DNA of 47,379 nt, from positions 1 through 47,379 of the forward strand of contig NIVC01004393.1 in NCBI GenBank assembly GCA_002269645.1. Reading direction: 5' to 3'. This document shows, one piece after another, positions 17,341 through 28,415 of this stretch. The DNA is from Macrostomum lignano. Taxonomy: Eukaryota. The notes beneath the pieces are model-generated. The model was not told where the DNA came from. It ran no database searches and was given only the letters and a program-made list of their open reading frames with translations. How positions within the stretch are numbered: the first letter of the stretch is position 1; every line of letters begins with the position of its first letter. The translations under genes were made by a program, and so were the position numbers.

Positions 17341-17559
17341 GTGAGGTGGGTAAGGAGTGAGGTGGATAAGGAGTGAGGTGGATAAGGAGTGAGGTGGATA
17401 AGGAGTGAGGTGCGTAAGGAGTGAGGTGGGTAAGGAGTGAGGTGGATAAGGAGTGAGGTGGATAAGGAGTGAGGTGGGTAAGGAGTGAGGTGGATAAGGA
17501 GTGAGGTGGATAAGGAGTGAGGTGGGTAAGGAGTGAGGTGGATAAGGAGTGAGGTGGGT
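17341..17559. repeat. 16-bp minisatellite, about 13.7 units, right arm
   Basis: Same unit and same GGATAA and GCGTAA variants as 10764-11449. Confidence 0.97.
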
Positions 17560-17906
17560 TAGCTTCGTTCAGCTCAAGCATTGTATTTCAAAATCTTCTA
17601 ATTCGTGTTTTTTGCATTCCTTTGACTTGTAGCTGAACTTACAACTTTCTCGCATAAAATTTCGATTCCTATTCTTTCTGTAGGAGTTTTCTAAAAAAGT
17701 AGGATAGTAAAAAATTATGAGTGCTTGGAATGCTGCACTGGAACTTTGCCGTTGAAAAGTTCAAAATAAATGAACTTCTCTTTCCTATTTCTAGCGGAGA
17801 ACCGCTGCTCCAGTGAGCTCCCGGCAGTTCTCTTTATTTGCTATATCAAGCTTGTAAAACCCTTTTTACCGCTAAAAATCTAGATGGCAATATTCCGGGT
17901 TTATTC

Positions 17907-18207
17907 TAGGTTGTGGCCTAGTGGTCAGAGCGTCGGACTCGCGACTTGAAGGTCGGGGGTTCGATTCCCGATCCTACTGGAACAATTGTGTCCTTGAGCA
18001 AGAACACTTAACTCTGCATTGCTTCAGTTCACCCAGCTGTAAAATGGGTGCCAGCATTAGCTGGGGTAATTGAGGGTGTGTGGCGACCCCCCAGTCCTTG
18101 GACTGAACAGCCGTACGCAGCCTTCAGATGCGCCTCAGCTGCGGCTGAGCTGTCGGTTGCACATCTGGCCCAATTGGGGCGGGTGTAATCAACTATTATT
18201 ATTATTA
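17907..18207 (+). mobile_element. tRNA-derived SINE with CORE-like central domain
   Basis: Pol III A box TGGCCTAGTGG (17914) and B box GGTTCGATTCC (17958). Central GTGTCCTTGAGCAAGAACACTTAAC...CAGCTGTAAAATGGG resembles the MIR CORE / MetaSINE domain. 3' hairpin CTCAGC-TGCG-GCTGAG and (TAT)n tail. Confidence 0.85.
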
Positions 18208-18351
18208 GTATTCGAATATGTACTTTCTTTCTTTTTTCTTTGGTTTCTCTTAACTCAAGTAAATCTAGAACTCAAAAGAAAGGTCAAAAGAACAACTTTT
18301 AAGTATAAAGCATCTAGAAACTCACCCCCGACTCCAAAACTGACATTTCAG

Positions 18352-18810
18352 GAAAGGTGAAAGTCGCCTGCCGGGTGAGCTGGCCTACTGCGAGCGCACA
18401 ATGGACAATAACATGCATTCCTACGGACAGGCGCTGCACAAACAGCACCACACGGTGTCAGTGGATAAATACTATTTCCAATACAAACTGGACGCTCCGA
18501 TAAACTTGAGAGGCGTCATTATCTGGGGCAAGTACGGCTGCTGCAGAGCAGACTTCTCCGAATAGGAGTTGTCACATCAAACAATGTGAAGATGTGCCGC
18601 TTTGATAAAGACTATCTACCAGGCAAATACTATGCCGTTCAGGACCAGTGCAAGCACGACTCGATCAAGGGGATATACATTAATCACAGATTTGGCGAGA
18701 AAGTAATCACAGTGTCGGAGGCGGCATTCTACGAGCGTATGCTTATTAACTCCGATTGGACTTGGGGAAAGCTCAGAAATAAGCAATATACGAGCGTGCT
18801 AACCCATTGA
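18352..18810 (+). CDS. Isolated exon encoding a divergent F-type lectin (fucolectin/FTP-like) domain, one frameshift near 18556
   Basis: Acceptor tttcag at 18351. The joined translation TMDNN..HHT..YFQYKLD..LRGVIIWGKYGCC..FLRIGV..C..C..KGIYI..VITVSEAAFY aligns by eye to the FTP template. Possible donor gtatgc at 18737. Confidence 0.55.
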
Positions 18811-18825
18811 GCCAATGGGAGTCAA

Positions 18826-19040
18826 ATGAGAATGAGAGTGAGAATGAGAATGAGAATGAGAAGGGAGCCAAAATGAGAGTCGACATCGTCATTCATCATG
18901 GTTACCGTGCAGAGAGCTGCAGAATGTCTGTCCTAGTGTCTTAGTGTCTTAGTGTCTTAGTGTCTTAGTGTCTTAGTGTCTTAGTGTCTTAGTGTCTTAG
19001 TGTCTTAGTGTCTTAGTGTCTTAGTGTCTTAGTGTCTTAG

Positions 19041-19085
<45 letters not shown>

Positions 19086-19185
19086 GCCTAACCCCTCACC
19101 CCTCACCCCTCACCCCTCACCCCTCACCCCTCACGCCTCACCCTTCAACCCTCAACCCTCTCCCCTCTCCCCTCTCCCCTCATCC
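18826..19185. repeat. Compound microsatellite: (AATGAG)n, (TTAGTGTC)n, (TGTC)n, then (CCCCTCA)n-like tract
   Basis: Read directly: 18826-18862, 18934-19045, 19041-19086, 19088-19185. Confidence 0.92.
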
Positions 19186-19734
19186 GGGAATATGAGTCGT
19201 GAATACACACAAACATGCATGAAGCGTAATCCTGGTACCATTGCTTCGATAAAATTTTTGCACGTTCAATTAAAATCTCAATTGAGGAAAATTCAAGGTG
19301 CATTCAAGGTGCAAGATGCATATATTCATGCAAAAGTTTGAAACAAAAATATTTCATAGTTTATGGTTTAATCCGGTTGTACCGTGTTTAGCCGGTCATC
19401 AAAACTACAATTCTATAAGATCAAAAGGTGAATTCGACCTGCATGCCGAAGTTTATTCAATAACACGGGGACTTAGACCGAACAATATGTAAGTTCGTTA
19501 TGCGATATACATTGTAAATATAATTAATATCCAACAGCTATGGTCTCAATGTTGCTATTGAAAATTGTGTAGGTTTATGTAAATAATTTTCAGCCTCTAA
19601 ACCTCCATTTACGAGTCGATAGGCAGACGCCCATTAATCTGTTGCATGCCACCCAGCAACGAAAAATTAGAATCCCTAAGCCAGGTTCACTTTTGTTCCA
19701 GACTGCACAGTGCGCGGTGGTCGGTGAGAGCGTC

Positions 19735-22700
19735 ATGACAACCAAGCCGGAAGTCGGTTCCAATTCGGTTCAGACACCGGAACACGAAGCCAGAAAAAAA
19801 AATAATGCACAGAAGCTCACTGCACAAGAGCGAACTCAAGGTCGGACAATTTATTTAATTAAACTGCTTCTCCGACTCAAAAAGATCAAGTTTCTCTGGA
19901 TGGTGATTGTGCTGGTGTCCGCATTTTCCAACTACTTCATCTTCCCTATTGTTGACAGTTGGATGGGAAATCTAGCCCAAACGTTGTCAAAAATTGACGC
20001 AGCAGAATTTTATTGGAGCAGCTTGGTAATGCTGCAGGTGCATAAGTACAGTTTGAACTTTGTTCAACTGATGGAAATGATCAAGGAAAGCCAGGGCAGC
20101 TACAGTGCCGCAGGAAAACTCATTAGAATGTGCAACGGCACCGAGTCCTGCAAAAAAAGCTTATTCTATTCGCTGTACGGCCTCTACAACACCAGCTTGT
20201 ACACTGCCTACGTCGATTTCGCTGAGCCCGATGCCATCCCCAGCATCACGTGTCAACTGGCCTACGGGGCCGATCTTCACTGCCCGTTTTTCGGTCACGT
20301 TGTTTCCGTTACCAAAAGTCCGGTTCTCTACCACGGCGGCAACCGGTTTAAGGAGGTGAACTTTTTCAGTCTGATAACGCACTCGCAGCGAACCCTGAGG
20401 AGCGACTCCAGCTCCATGTGCGGCAGGCACACGAGATTTGACCTCGTGTTCTCAAGGACCATCATGCTGCAAACTATATTAGTGATCGTCTCAACAATGT
20501 TCTACTTTGTAGTTGGGACCATCAGCTGCATTGTGGAGCTGAAGCGGAACGGCTTTCTCGCGATAATGTTTCATAAAGGCTTGCCGATTCGAAGCTACTG
20601 GGCTGCGGTCTGGTCGGTGACAGGCGTGGAGGTCCTGCTGATCTCCTTTCTGCTGTCCTTGTCCATCTTTCTCCAGTGCCCAGGCTACTACAGCATCTCG
20701 TCAATGCTTTTGGCCTTCGTTGCGGTCTTCTTTCAGCTGAGTGGCATGGCCGCGTTGTCGCTACTGCTTACGGTGCTAGAGAAAAGTCTATTTCACATCA
20801 GTCTAACCATGACACTAATTGCCCTGTGCTCATGTTCCTTTGTTCTGATATTACGATTGCTGCTGCACAACGTAACGGTGCTGAAAGTGGCTTTTCTATT
20901 CATAATGCCGCTGTCGCATGTTGGCGAGTTTCTTCAAGCCGTCTTGCTGTCCGTCATTCTGCCAGACAGTGTCACAGCTTATCATTACCTGATCGTACTG
21001 TTTCTCATCGTATTTACTATCGCCACTATCGCGCTGACTTTGTACCTGGACTTTATTCTGCCCTCGGGCAACGGCATGTGTCTGCCATACGGCTACGTCA
21101 CGGATCGGCGCTTCTGGACAGCTGGGCAGCGGGAGCCAAGTCAGTCTGCGGTTGAAGATCCCCTGGCAGGTGAGGAGCTGCCGGACACGCCGAATTTCGA
21201 ACCAATGACGGACGGCTTCAATCCCATTATTCGAATCAGTCAGCTTTGCAGAGTCTATTCGAAGAAATTCTGCCAAAAAACGGACAAGGAGGACGTTATA
21301 GCTTTGAGCAACGTTTCAGGCAAGTAAAGTTTTAACGTGCGCTGAAAATCCTGTTTTGTGTAAGGTAGTCAACTACCATTTTCCCAATAGAAACAATTTC
21401 AAAAAGGGTTGGGTGTGCAATTTTTTTATAATTGCCTCGATAACTCCTCGTATAATCCATTTGCAGCGCATATTTACGAAGGCCAGATTACAGCAATCAT
21501 CGGACACAACGGCTCGGGAAAGACCACCCTGCTAAACATCTTGAACGGTACCGACCAATCAACGTCTGGCAGAGTGTCCGTGAACGGCCTGCTGATGGAG
21601 AACTGGGTCAACCGGCTGCGGCTGAACCGCATCATCGGCATCTGTCCGCAGGAGAACTCGCTGTGCAGCAGCCTCACAGTTGGGCAGACAATCGAGCTGG
21701 CACAGCTTAGCTGCGGCCACAGTCCAGAAACTTGGGAAGAAGAGGCCAGTCGCCTTTTCAAGGCGCTGCGTCTTAGCAGTCATCGGGGCTCAAAAGTCGC
21801 CGAGCTTAGCAGCGGATTCTCAAGAAAGCTTTGCACCGCTGTGGCTCTGATTGGCGACGCCAAGGTGCTGTTCCTGGACGAGCCAACGAACGGTGTTGAT
21901 CCGGTATCGAGAAGGCTGATATGGAGACTGCTGCAGGAGTGCAAGACCAAGTGCTCAATCATTCTGAGCACGCAGGCGATGGACGAAGCCGACACGCTGG
22001 CGGATCGCAAGATTTTCCTGTCGGGCGGATCCGTGCTCTGCGCCGGGTCGTCCCTGTTCCTGAAGAGCGCCTTCGACTGCGGCTTCGACTTCAACGTCAC
22101 ATTGAAGCAGCCTTCGTATGTGCCTCTGCTGATCAAGCAGATTCAGCAGGAATTCGCCAAAGTGAAAGTGAAGAACAGGCTTTCAACTAGCCTGGTTTTT
22201 CACTTGCCGGCCACGGAGATCAACTCGCTATTCGTGTTGGCCCAATCTCTGGAGCGCCGAAGCAACTGGATCACAGCGTTCGGCTTGCTGCAAGCGTCGC
22301 TCTACGACATCTTCATGCGATTGCGGGATCTGCGGCCAAGCGAAGTTGAGAAGCTATTTAAGGAGGGTCGCATTGGACTGCTGAGCGCCGATGAAGAGCC
22401 GGATGAGCTGGAGGACCAATCCAGCAAGCCCAGTCAGTCTCGCCTCGCCGAAATGTTCACAGAAATGGAGAAGAAAATCTGTCCTTCTTTCCTGATGCGT
22501 TTCCGCGCAATTGCGTACCTCAACGTGTTGCGCGTTGTTCGATCCCGAATTCGATTAGCAACCCGAATCATCTCACCAGCTGTGCTCCTGGTACTTTTGC
22601 TAATCCTAGCCGTTGTGGAGCGGGGAGCGAACAATTCGAAAATGGTCTTGCGCAACAACCTTACTAATTTTGGGGAAGCTTTCAGCAAAGGCATTTGCCT

Positions 22701-25700
22701 GTACAGGGAAGGCGATCTCGTTGGTGACATTAACGCCTCTTGGTGCTCCGTTATACTGAGAAGTCATCGCCTGAAGGTCAGAGGGGAAAATTTTGTGAAA
22801 ATGCAAATACCCGATGGTGCACAATTTTACGAATACATTCAGGAGCCAGCTCAACTGGACCGCATCAAAGCAGCATGCAACTCGCCAGAAGATCTTGTCG
22901 GGTGCCCAATAGTTTTCACGGACACGTGGGACGCTTCGCAGTTGAATTCGGCTCGCAAACTGTACGTTGGCTCATTTAGCACGTTTGAGCAGCACAACTC
23001 CTTCAGAGATGCCTCCGTGTCCATGGGCGCTTACACCAAGTTTTCAAGGTTCATAATGGGTAAGAAGCTGGGCCAGGAACATCCAGTTTCAGAAAACGCT
23101 TACAAAGTGATGGCACTGACTGCCTACAACTTTAGAAGTACATTTATTCCCCTGTACGGCGCTTTCGTCCAGCTTATCATTATTGCTATTGTGCCAGCAA
23201 CGTTCCTTGACGACCTCATGGAGGACAGAGACACTAAAATTAAGAACCAGCTGTCTTCAATGGGCGTTGAAGACGTGCAGTATTGGATCATCATGTTTCT
23301 CGTGCACTGGATTCAATACGCCATCATCTACCTTTCCAGTGTCGTTCTAATAGTTGTAATAAACTTTATTGGCTATGGAAACAGCTTTTATCTAGTTGGG
23401 GTTGTACTGCCGACTCTCGTGTTAGGCCTGAGCAACAACCAGCTTTTGGTGTACATCCTTAGCTCTTTGTTAAACAAATCAAACCCGGTAGTGTCCGTGA
23501 TGCACTTGTTCTTCTCAATATTTCTAGTCTTCATCATTTTGGCGGCTCAGCTGGACAATGTCTTCGGAATTGTGCTGATTTCGGTTCTTCCTCCATTCAC
23601 TGCCATCGCACTCACATTCTACGGCACGAAGGCAATTTTCTATACGCTTTCCTACTTTGAACTGAAACGAATCAGCGAAGTAAAGGGGGGAATAAGATTG
23701 GTATACTTTTCCCAGCCGCACGTTTTAAGCTCGCTAATTGCTTTGGCAGTCCACTCGGTTTTGCTGGCAGTCCTGATGGTCTTTCTGGACGAGAGGGCCA
23801 CCATTTCGCAGAAGATCCACAGCCTAATTGGCTCAGCAGAAGCTGACTTCAACAAAGACAGCGACAGCATCGGCTTGAAAGAGGAGACCCGGAGTCTGAC
23901 CAAAGAGCGGAGAAATCCGGACAACATGCTGGAGATCCGGCATCTCTCAGCGGCCTACCAGAGCGGCAACAATGTTGTTAGCGACGTCACCCTGTCCACG
24001 TCTCCTGGCGAGATTTTCGGACTACTCGGCCCGAATGGCGCCGGGAAGAGTACAACCCTGTCTGTCATTGTTGGCGACCTTCGAGCCAAGGAAGGCTGCT
24101 GCGAAGTACAAGTTGTCAATCAGTGGATGGCGAGCCGCCTCGCTGCCAGGCGGGGTCGGATCGGGTACTGCCCGCAGTACAATCCGCAGTACAGCGACGT
24201 CACTGTCAGGTGAGAAGGCCTCGTGTAAAATCCGCCCCTTACAACACTCGCCCCTCACAACAACCTGCCCCTCACAACAACCCGCCCCTCACAACAACCC
24301 GCCCCTCACAACAACCTGCCCCTCACAACAATCCGCACCTCACAACAACCCACTCCAAACCACATCCGCCACAAATAACACCCGCCATAAACAGCACCCA
24401 CCACAAACAACACCCGCCCCTCACAACACTACAAGCCTTACAGCAACAATAATTCGGGTCCAATGTTATGCTAGTGCGTTTCCTTCAGGCATTACAGGGA
24501 CATAGTGTTGTGAACACGATTAATTACTAAATTATGTTATTGATCCGCAGGGAACACCTAGAATTTTACGCTAGCATAATTGGCGCCAAAGAGTCAAAGG
24601 ATGTTATCGACGTACTACTGCAGTGTCTGTGCTTGACAGAACACGAGAAGAAGACTAGCAAGCAGTTGTCATATGGTTTTAAAAGACGCTTATCTTTAGC
24701 TGCCATCCTGCTTGGCAACCCGTGTCTGCTTGTCATAGACGAGGCTTCAACCGGAGTGGACCCCGAGGGCAAGCGCATTCTGTGGAAGGCCATCCAGTCC
24801 TTGGCCAGTCGTCGGAATTCCATTGTGGTCACAACGCACAGCATGGAGGAGGCCGAGGCGCTGTGCCACCGAGTCGGCGTCTTGAACCACGGCCTTCTGG
24901 TGGGCCTGGGCTCCGTTCAAGAGCTCAAGAGCAGGTAAGTGGCCCGAAATAATATTGATAGCAGTGGCCTATCCGAGCTCTCATCTAGCCTGTCCGAATT
25001 CTCATTTGGCCTGTCCGAGTTATAATTTAGCCCGACTGAATTCTCATTTATCCTGTCCGAGTTCTAATTTAGCCTTTTCGAATTCTCATTTATCCTGTCC
25101 GAGTTTTCGTTTAGCGTTTCTGAATTCTCATTTATCCTGTCCGAGTTCTAATTTAGCCTGTCCAAATTCTCATTTCTCTTGTCCGAGTTCTAATTTAGCC
25201 TTTTCGAATTCTCATTTATCCTAAATAAAAGTAAGAATCAACATAAATTGTATTTATTTAGTTTCATTGCCGATGCATTTCGTCCCTTTGCATTAGGACA
25301 TCGTCAGGGTCTTTTTATTTAAGAAACAATTTGAACGAATATTCAGTATATATAGATAGTTGAGAGTACCAAGAGTAGTTGAATTGAGTTTTTAATTGAT
25401 GGTTTAAACTTGTACATAGTAATCAAATTTTTGATACAGTATTGGTTGGGTAAAGTGCATATCAGTTTCAAGCCAGTCCGGTCATTAACAAATCAGCTAA
25501 AAAATTCGGAGTTGACGGCTAGCCATCGCAAGTTGGTTATTTAACGTGGGCTGTTTGGTCTTAATGTACAGGGCTTCTAATAGGCAGAGCATGTGATCTC
25601 TACGCTCGTATTACAAAAATCAATAGCCTTTATCATTTCGTGTGGTTCAGCCTCACAACAAGAATTGCAGGTTAGCAGGTGCTCGTTAATAGCAGAGTTT

Positions 25701-28415
25701 TTTAGCCAATGCTCTCTGACCCTCGTGTATAGGTGTCGTTTAGTTTTTCCTATGTAGGAGATGCTCTGGGGCCCGTGCTATAGAATACTCTTAACTCCTA
25801 AATCTTTAAGAGTGTCCTAACTCTAGCTCCTAGCTGGCTTTTCTGTGCTATAGAATCAAGAGTAAATTTTAAGAGCTAGGAGGCTCCTTAAGGACGTTAG
25901 GAGACTCCTGGGTGAATTTAGGAGAACTCATTAAGGTCCGTGGCATGCTATAGAATTAGGAGAGGAAGTCTAGGAGCTAGGAGCTAGGAGCTGGCTTTTA
26001 GGAGTCATTCTAGGAGCGCGTGTCCCATAGAATGAGAAAATTTCGCTCCTAACTCTTGACTCCTAAGCAAGAGTTCAAGGGCCAATTTTCACTCTTAGAC
26101 AGGATTATAATGTTTTCGGACAGCGAATCGGATTCTGATGAGGAAGGAGTCAATGATAGACGCCGTCGACAGTTTAAGGAATTAATATTTTTGAAGAAGA
26201 TACAGCCGAGAGTGCTATGCGTTTTAGACTTAACGAGATCCAGCTTTCAAGCCTAACAGATAGAATTCGACACAGAATCGAACATCCAACATCAGTGTGT
26301 CCTAACAAATTCCAACATTCCAATATCGCGTCTTGCCACATAGCAATCTTCGCATTCTTAGTTATGGTTGTACTAAACGCACCAAAGAGAACCTCTTTGC
26401 GTGCAGCGACGGCTCTCACAAATGATATTTTTTGAGCAATTTGCATTTTCACTCCTGAGATTCAATTTTTAAGGACCGTAAATTTAGGATTGTGATATAG
26501 CACACAATTCTCTATCATCCTTAAACGATTGCGCAACACTCCTTGAACACACCCCCACTCCTAGGCTGCACTCCTTGCAAGAACTCCTAACTCCTAACTC
26601 CTAACTCCTGATTCTATAGCACACAAAATTCAATCACTCCTTGTCAAGAGTACTCTTGAGTCCTAGCTCCTAACTCTCAACTCCTGATTCTATAGCACAC
26701 AAAATTCAATCACTCCTTGTCAAGAGTACTCTTGAGTCCTAGCTCCTAACTCTCAACTCCTGATTCTATAGCACACAAAATTCAATCACTCCTTGTCAAG
26801 AGTACTCTTGAGTCCTAGCTCCTAACTCCTAACTCCTGATTCTATAGCACGGGCCCCTGGTCCTCATAGCAAACAAATTTATACATGACACCAGCCGCGA
26901 GAGGACGTGGAACCCTGGATTTCAACTTGCAGACGAACTTAGCAATCTTTTCGGTGCGAAACACAGCACGGATTTGAGTGTTTAAGTCTTTACGGAGCAG
27001 CTTTTCTAACTTCTTTTTAAACTCTATAGAACAAACACCAAAGTAAGGCAAAGTGATCAAGGGACATTTATAGGTGGAATCACGAACTTTCATCCGAGTA
27101 GGTTCAGTCAGTTTGTCATTGAGAAAAGAGTTGACAATTTTCATCACAAAGTTCTTAGGATAGCCATTGTAGCTGAGCAGATTGGTGAGGATTTCAACTT
27201 CGTTTTGGAAGTCTCCAAGAGCTGCAAGTGGAAAAAGCCATTTTCGTTTAGCATGTCCGAATTCTCATTTATCCTGTCCGAGTTCTAATTTAGCCCTCAG
27301 AATTCTCATTTATCCTGTCCGAGTTCTAATTTAGCCCTCAGAATTCTCATTTATCCTGTCCGAGTTCTAATTTAGCCTGTCCGAATTCTCATTTATCCTG
27401 TCCGAGTTTTTGTTTAGCATGTCCGAATTCTCATTTATCTTGTCCGAGTTCTAATGTAGCCTTTTCGAATTCTCATTTATCCTGTCCGAGTTTTTGTTTA
27501 GCATGTCCGAATTCTCATTTATCCTGTCCGAGTTCTTATTTAGCCCGTCCGACTTCTCATTTATCCTGTCCGAGTTCTTATTTAGCCTGTCCGAATTCTC
27601 ATTTATCTTGTCCGAGTTCTAATTTAGCCTTTTCGAATTCTCATTCATCCTGTCCGAGTTTTTGTTTAGCCTGTCCGAATTCTCATTTATCTTGTCCGAG
27701 TTCTAATTTAGACTGTCCGAATACTCATTTATCCTGTCCGAATTCTAATATAGCCTGTCCGAATTCTCATTTATCTTGTCCAAATTCTCATTTAGCCTGT
27801 CGAGTTCTCATTTATCCTGTCCGAATTCTAATCTAGCCTGTCCGAATTCTCATTTATCTTGTCCGAATTCTCATTTAGCCTGTCCGAGTTCTCATTTATC
27901 CTGTCCGAATTCTAATCTAGCCTGTCCGAATTCTCATTTAGTTTGAACAAGAGAGGGTAGCCGATTTCAACTCCGCAGCCATCCTTCCTTAAGCCTAAAA
28001 ACCAGCATCTCAACTTAGTTCATCCATGCCCTTTCCAAGGTTCGGCCTGTTCTACACGTTGGAGGTTCTCGTCCGAACCGACCGAGGCAACTCAGCCGCG
28101 GTTGTCGCCACCAAGAGGGCCGTCATAGTCGACGCTGTCTCGAAGAAGTTTCCCAACACCGCGGTGATTGAAGAATTCGCCAACAAAGTGATCTTCTCCA
28201 TCCCAATGTTCAGCATTGTCCGGCTGTCGCTGGCGCTGATGTGGCTGGCGGAGACCCGGGCAGCGATCGGGATCCTGTACTTCTCGTTCTATCAGATGTC
28301 TCTGGACCAGGTGTTCAGCCGGATGATTCTGCTGCACAACCGGCAGTTGTTTGGCAACGCTGACGGGTCTCTGAGTTCGATAGATGACGAATCTGTTGAG
28401 CAGGACGATGGATGA
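19735..28415 (+). CDS. ABCA-subfamily full transporter, paralog 2 (1695 aa, uninterrupted frame)
   Basis: Exons 19735-21319, 21467-24209, 24551-24934 and 28040-28415 total 5088 nt. Intron 1 is GC-AG. Motifs: GHNGSGKTT, LSSGF, LFLDEPTNGVDP, GPNGAGKST, YCPQ, LSYGFKRRLSLA, VIDEASTGVDP, TTHSMEEAEALC. Confidence 0.93.
24228..24430. repeat. 17-bp minisatellite CCCCTCACAACAACCCG, degenerating, in ABCA paralog 2 intron 2
   Basis: Read directly. Confidence 0.88.
24968..25222. repeat. 21-bp minisatellite (TGTCCGAGTTCTAATTTAGCC / TGTCCGAATTCTCATTTATCC), left arm
   Basis: Two alternating variants form a 42-bp higher-order unit; interrupted by the Penelope-like insertion. Confidence 0.93.
25268..25312 (-). 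ncRNA. Minimal type-I hammerhead ribozyme in the Penelope-like element
   Basis: Minus strand reads ACC-CTGACGA-T-GTCC-TAATGCAAAG-GGAC-GAAA-TGCA-TC^GG: complete core, 4-5 bp stem II, palindromic ATGCAT stem III. Stem I has only 2 obvious base pairs. Confidence 0.75.
25769..26856. mobile_element. Non-autonomous PIF/Harbinger DNA transposon (1088 bp, internal deletion derivative)
   Basis: Perfect 18-bp TIR GGGCCCGTGCTATAGAAT; 3-bp TSD CTG (25766-68 and 26857-59). Myb/SANT-like remnant (KEVLFGAFSTTITKNAKIAMWQDAI) on the minus strand; transposase-like N-terminus (MRFRLNEIQL..IRHRIEHPT) on the plus strand. Confidence 0.9.
27241..27941. repeat. 21-bp minisatellite, right arm
   Basis: Same unit family as 24968-25222. 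Confidence 0.95.

Larger units (their letters stand above)
25223..27240 (-). mobile_element. 5'-truncated Penelope-like retroelement (RT C-terminus, GIY-YIG endonuclease, 3' region)
   Basis: Minus-strand translation gives LLSYNGYPKNFV..TLPYFG..KKLEKLL..VMYKFVC. After removing the Harbinger insert it reads in frame YEDQ|SISYIGKTKRHLYTRVREH, then LLEALYIKTKQPTLNNQ. Confidence 0.9.

Noticed and set aside
17907-17975. tRNA gene
   Set aside because: A and B boxes are present, but there is no acceptor stem, the anticodon stem is mismatched, and it continues into a SINE body and tail.
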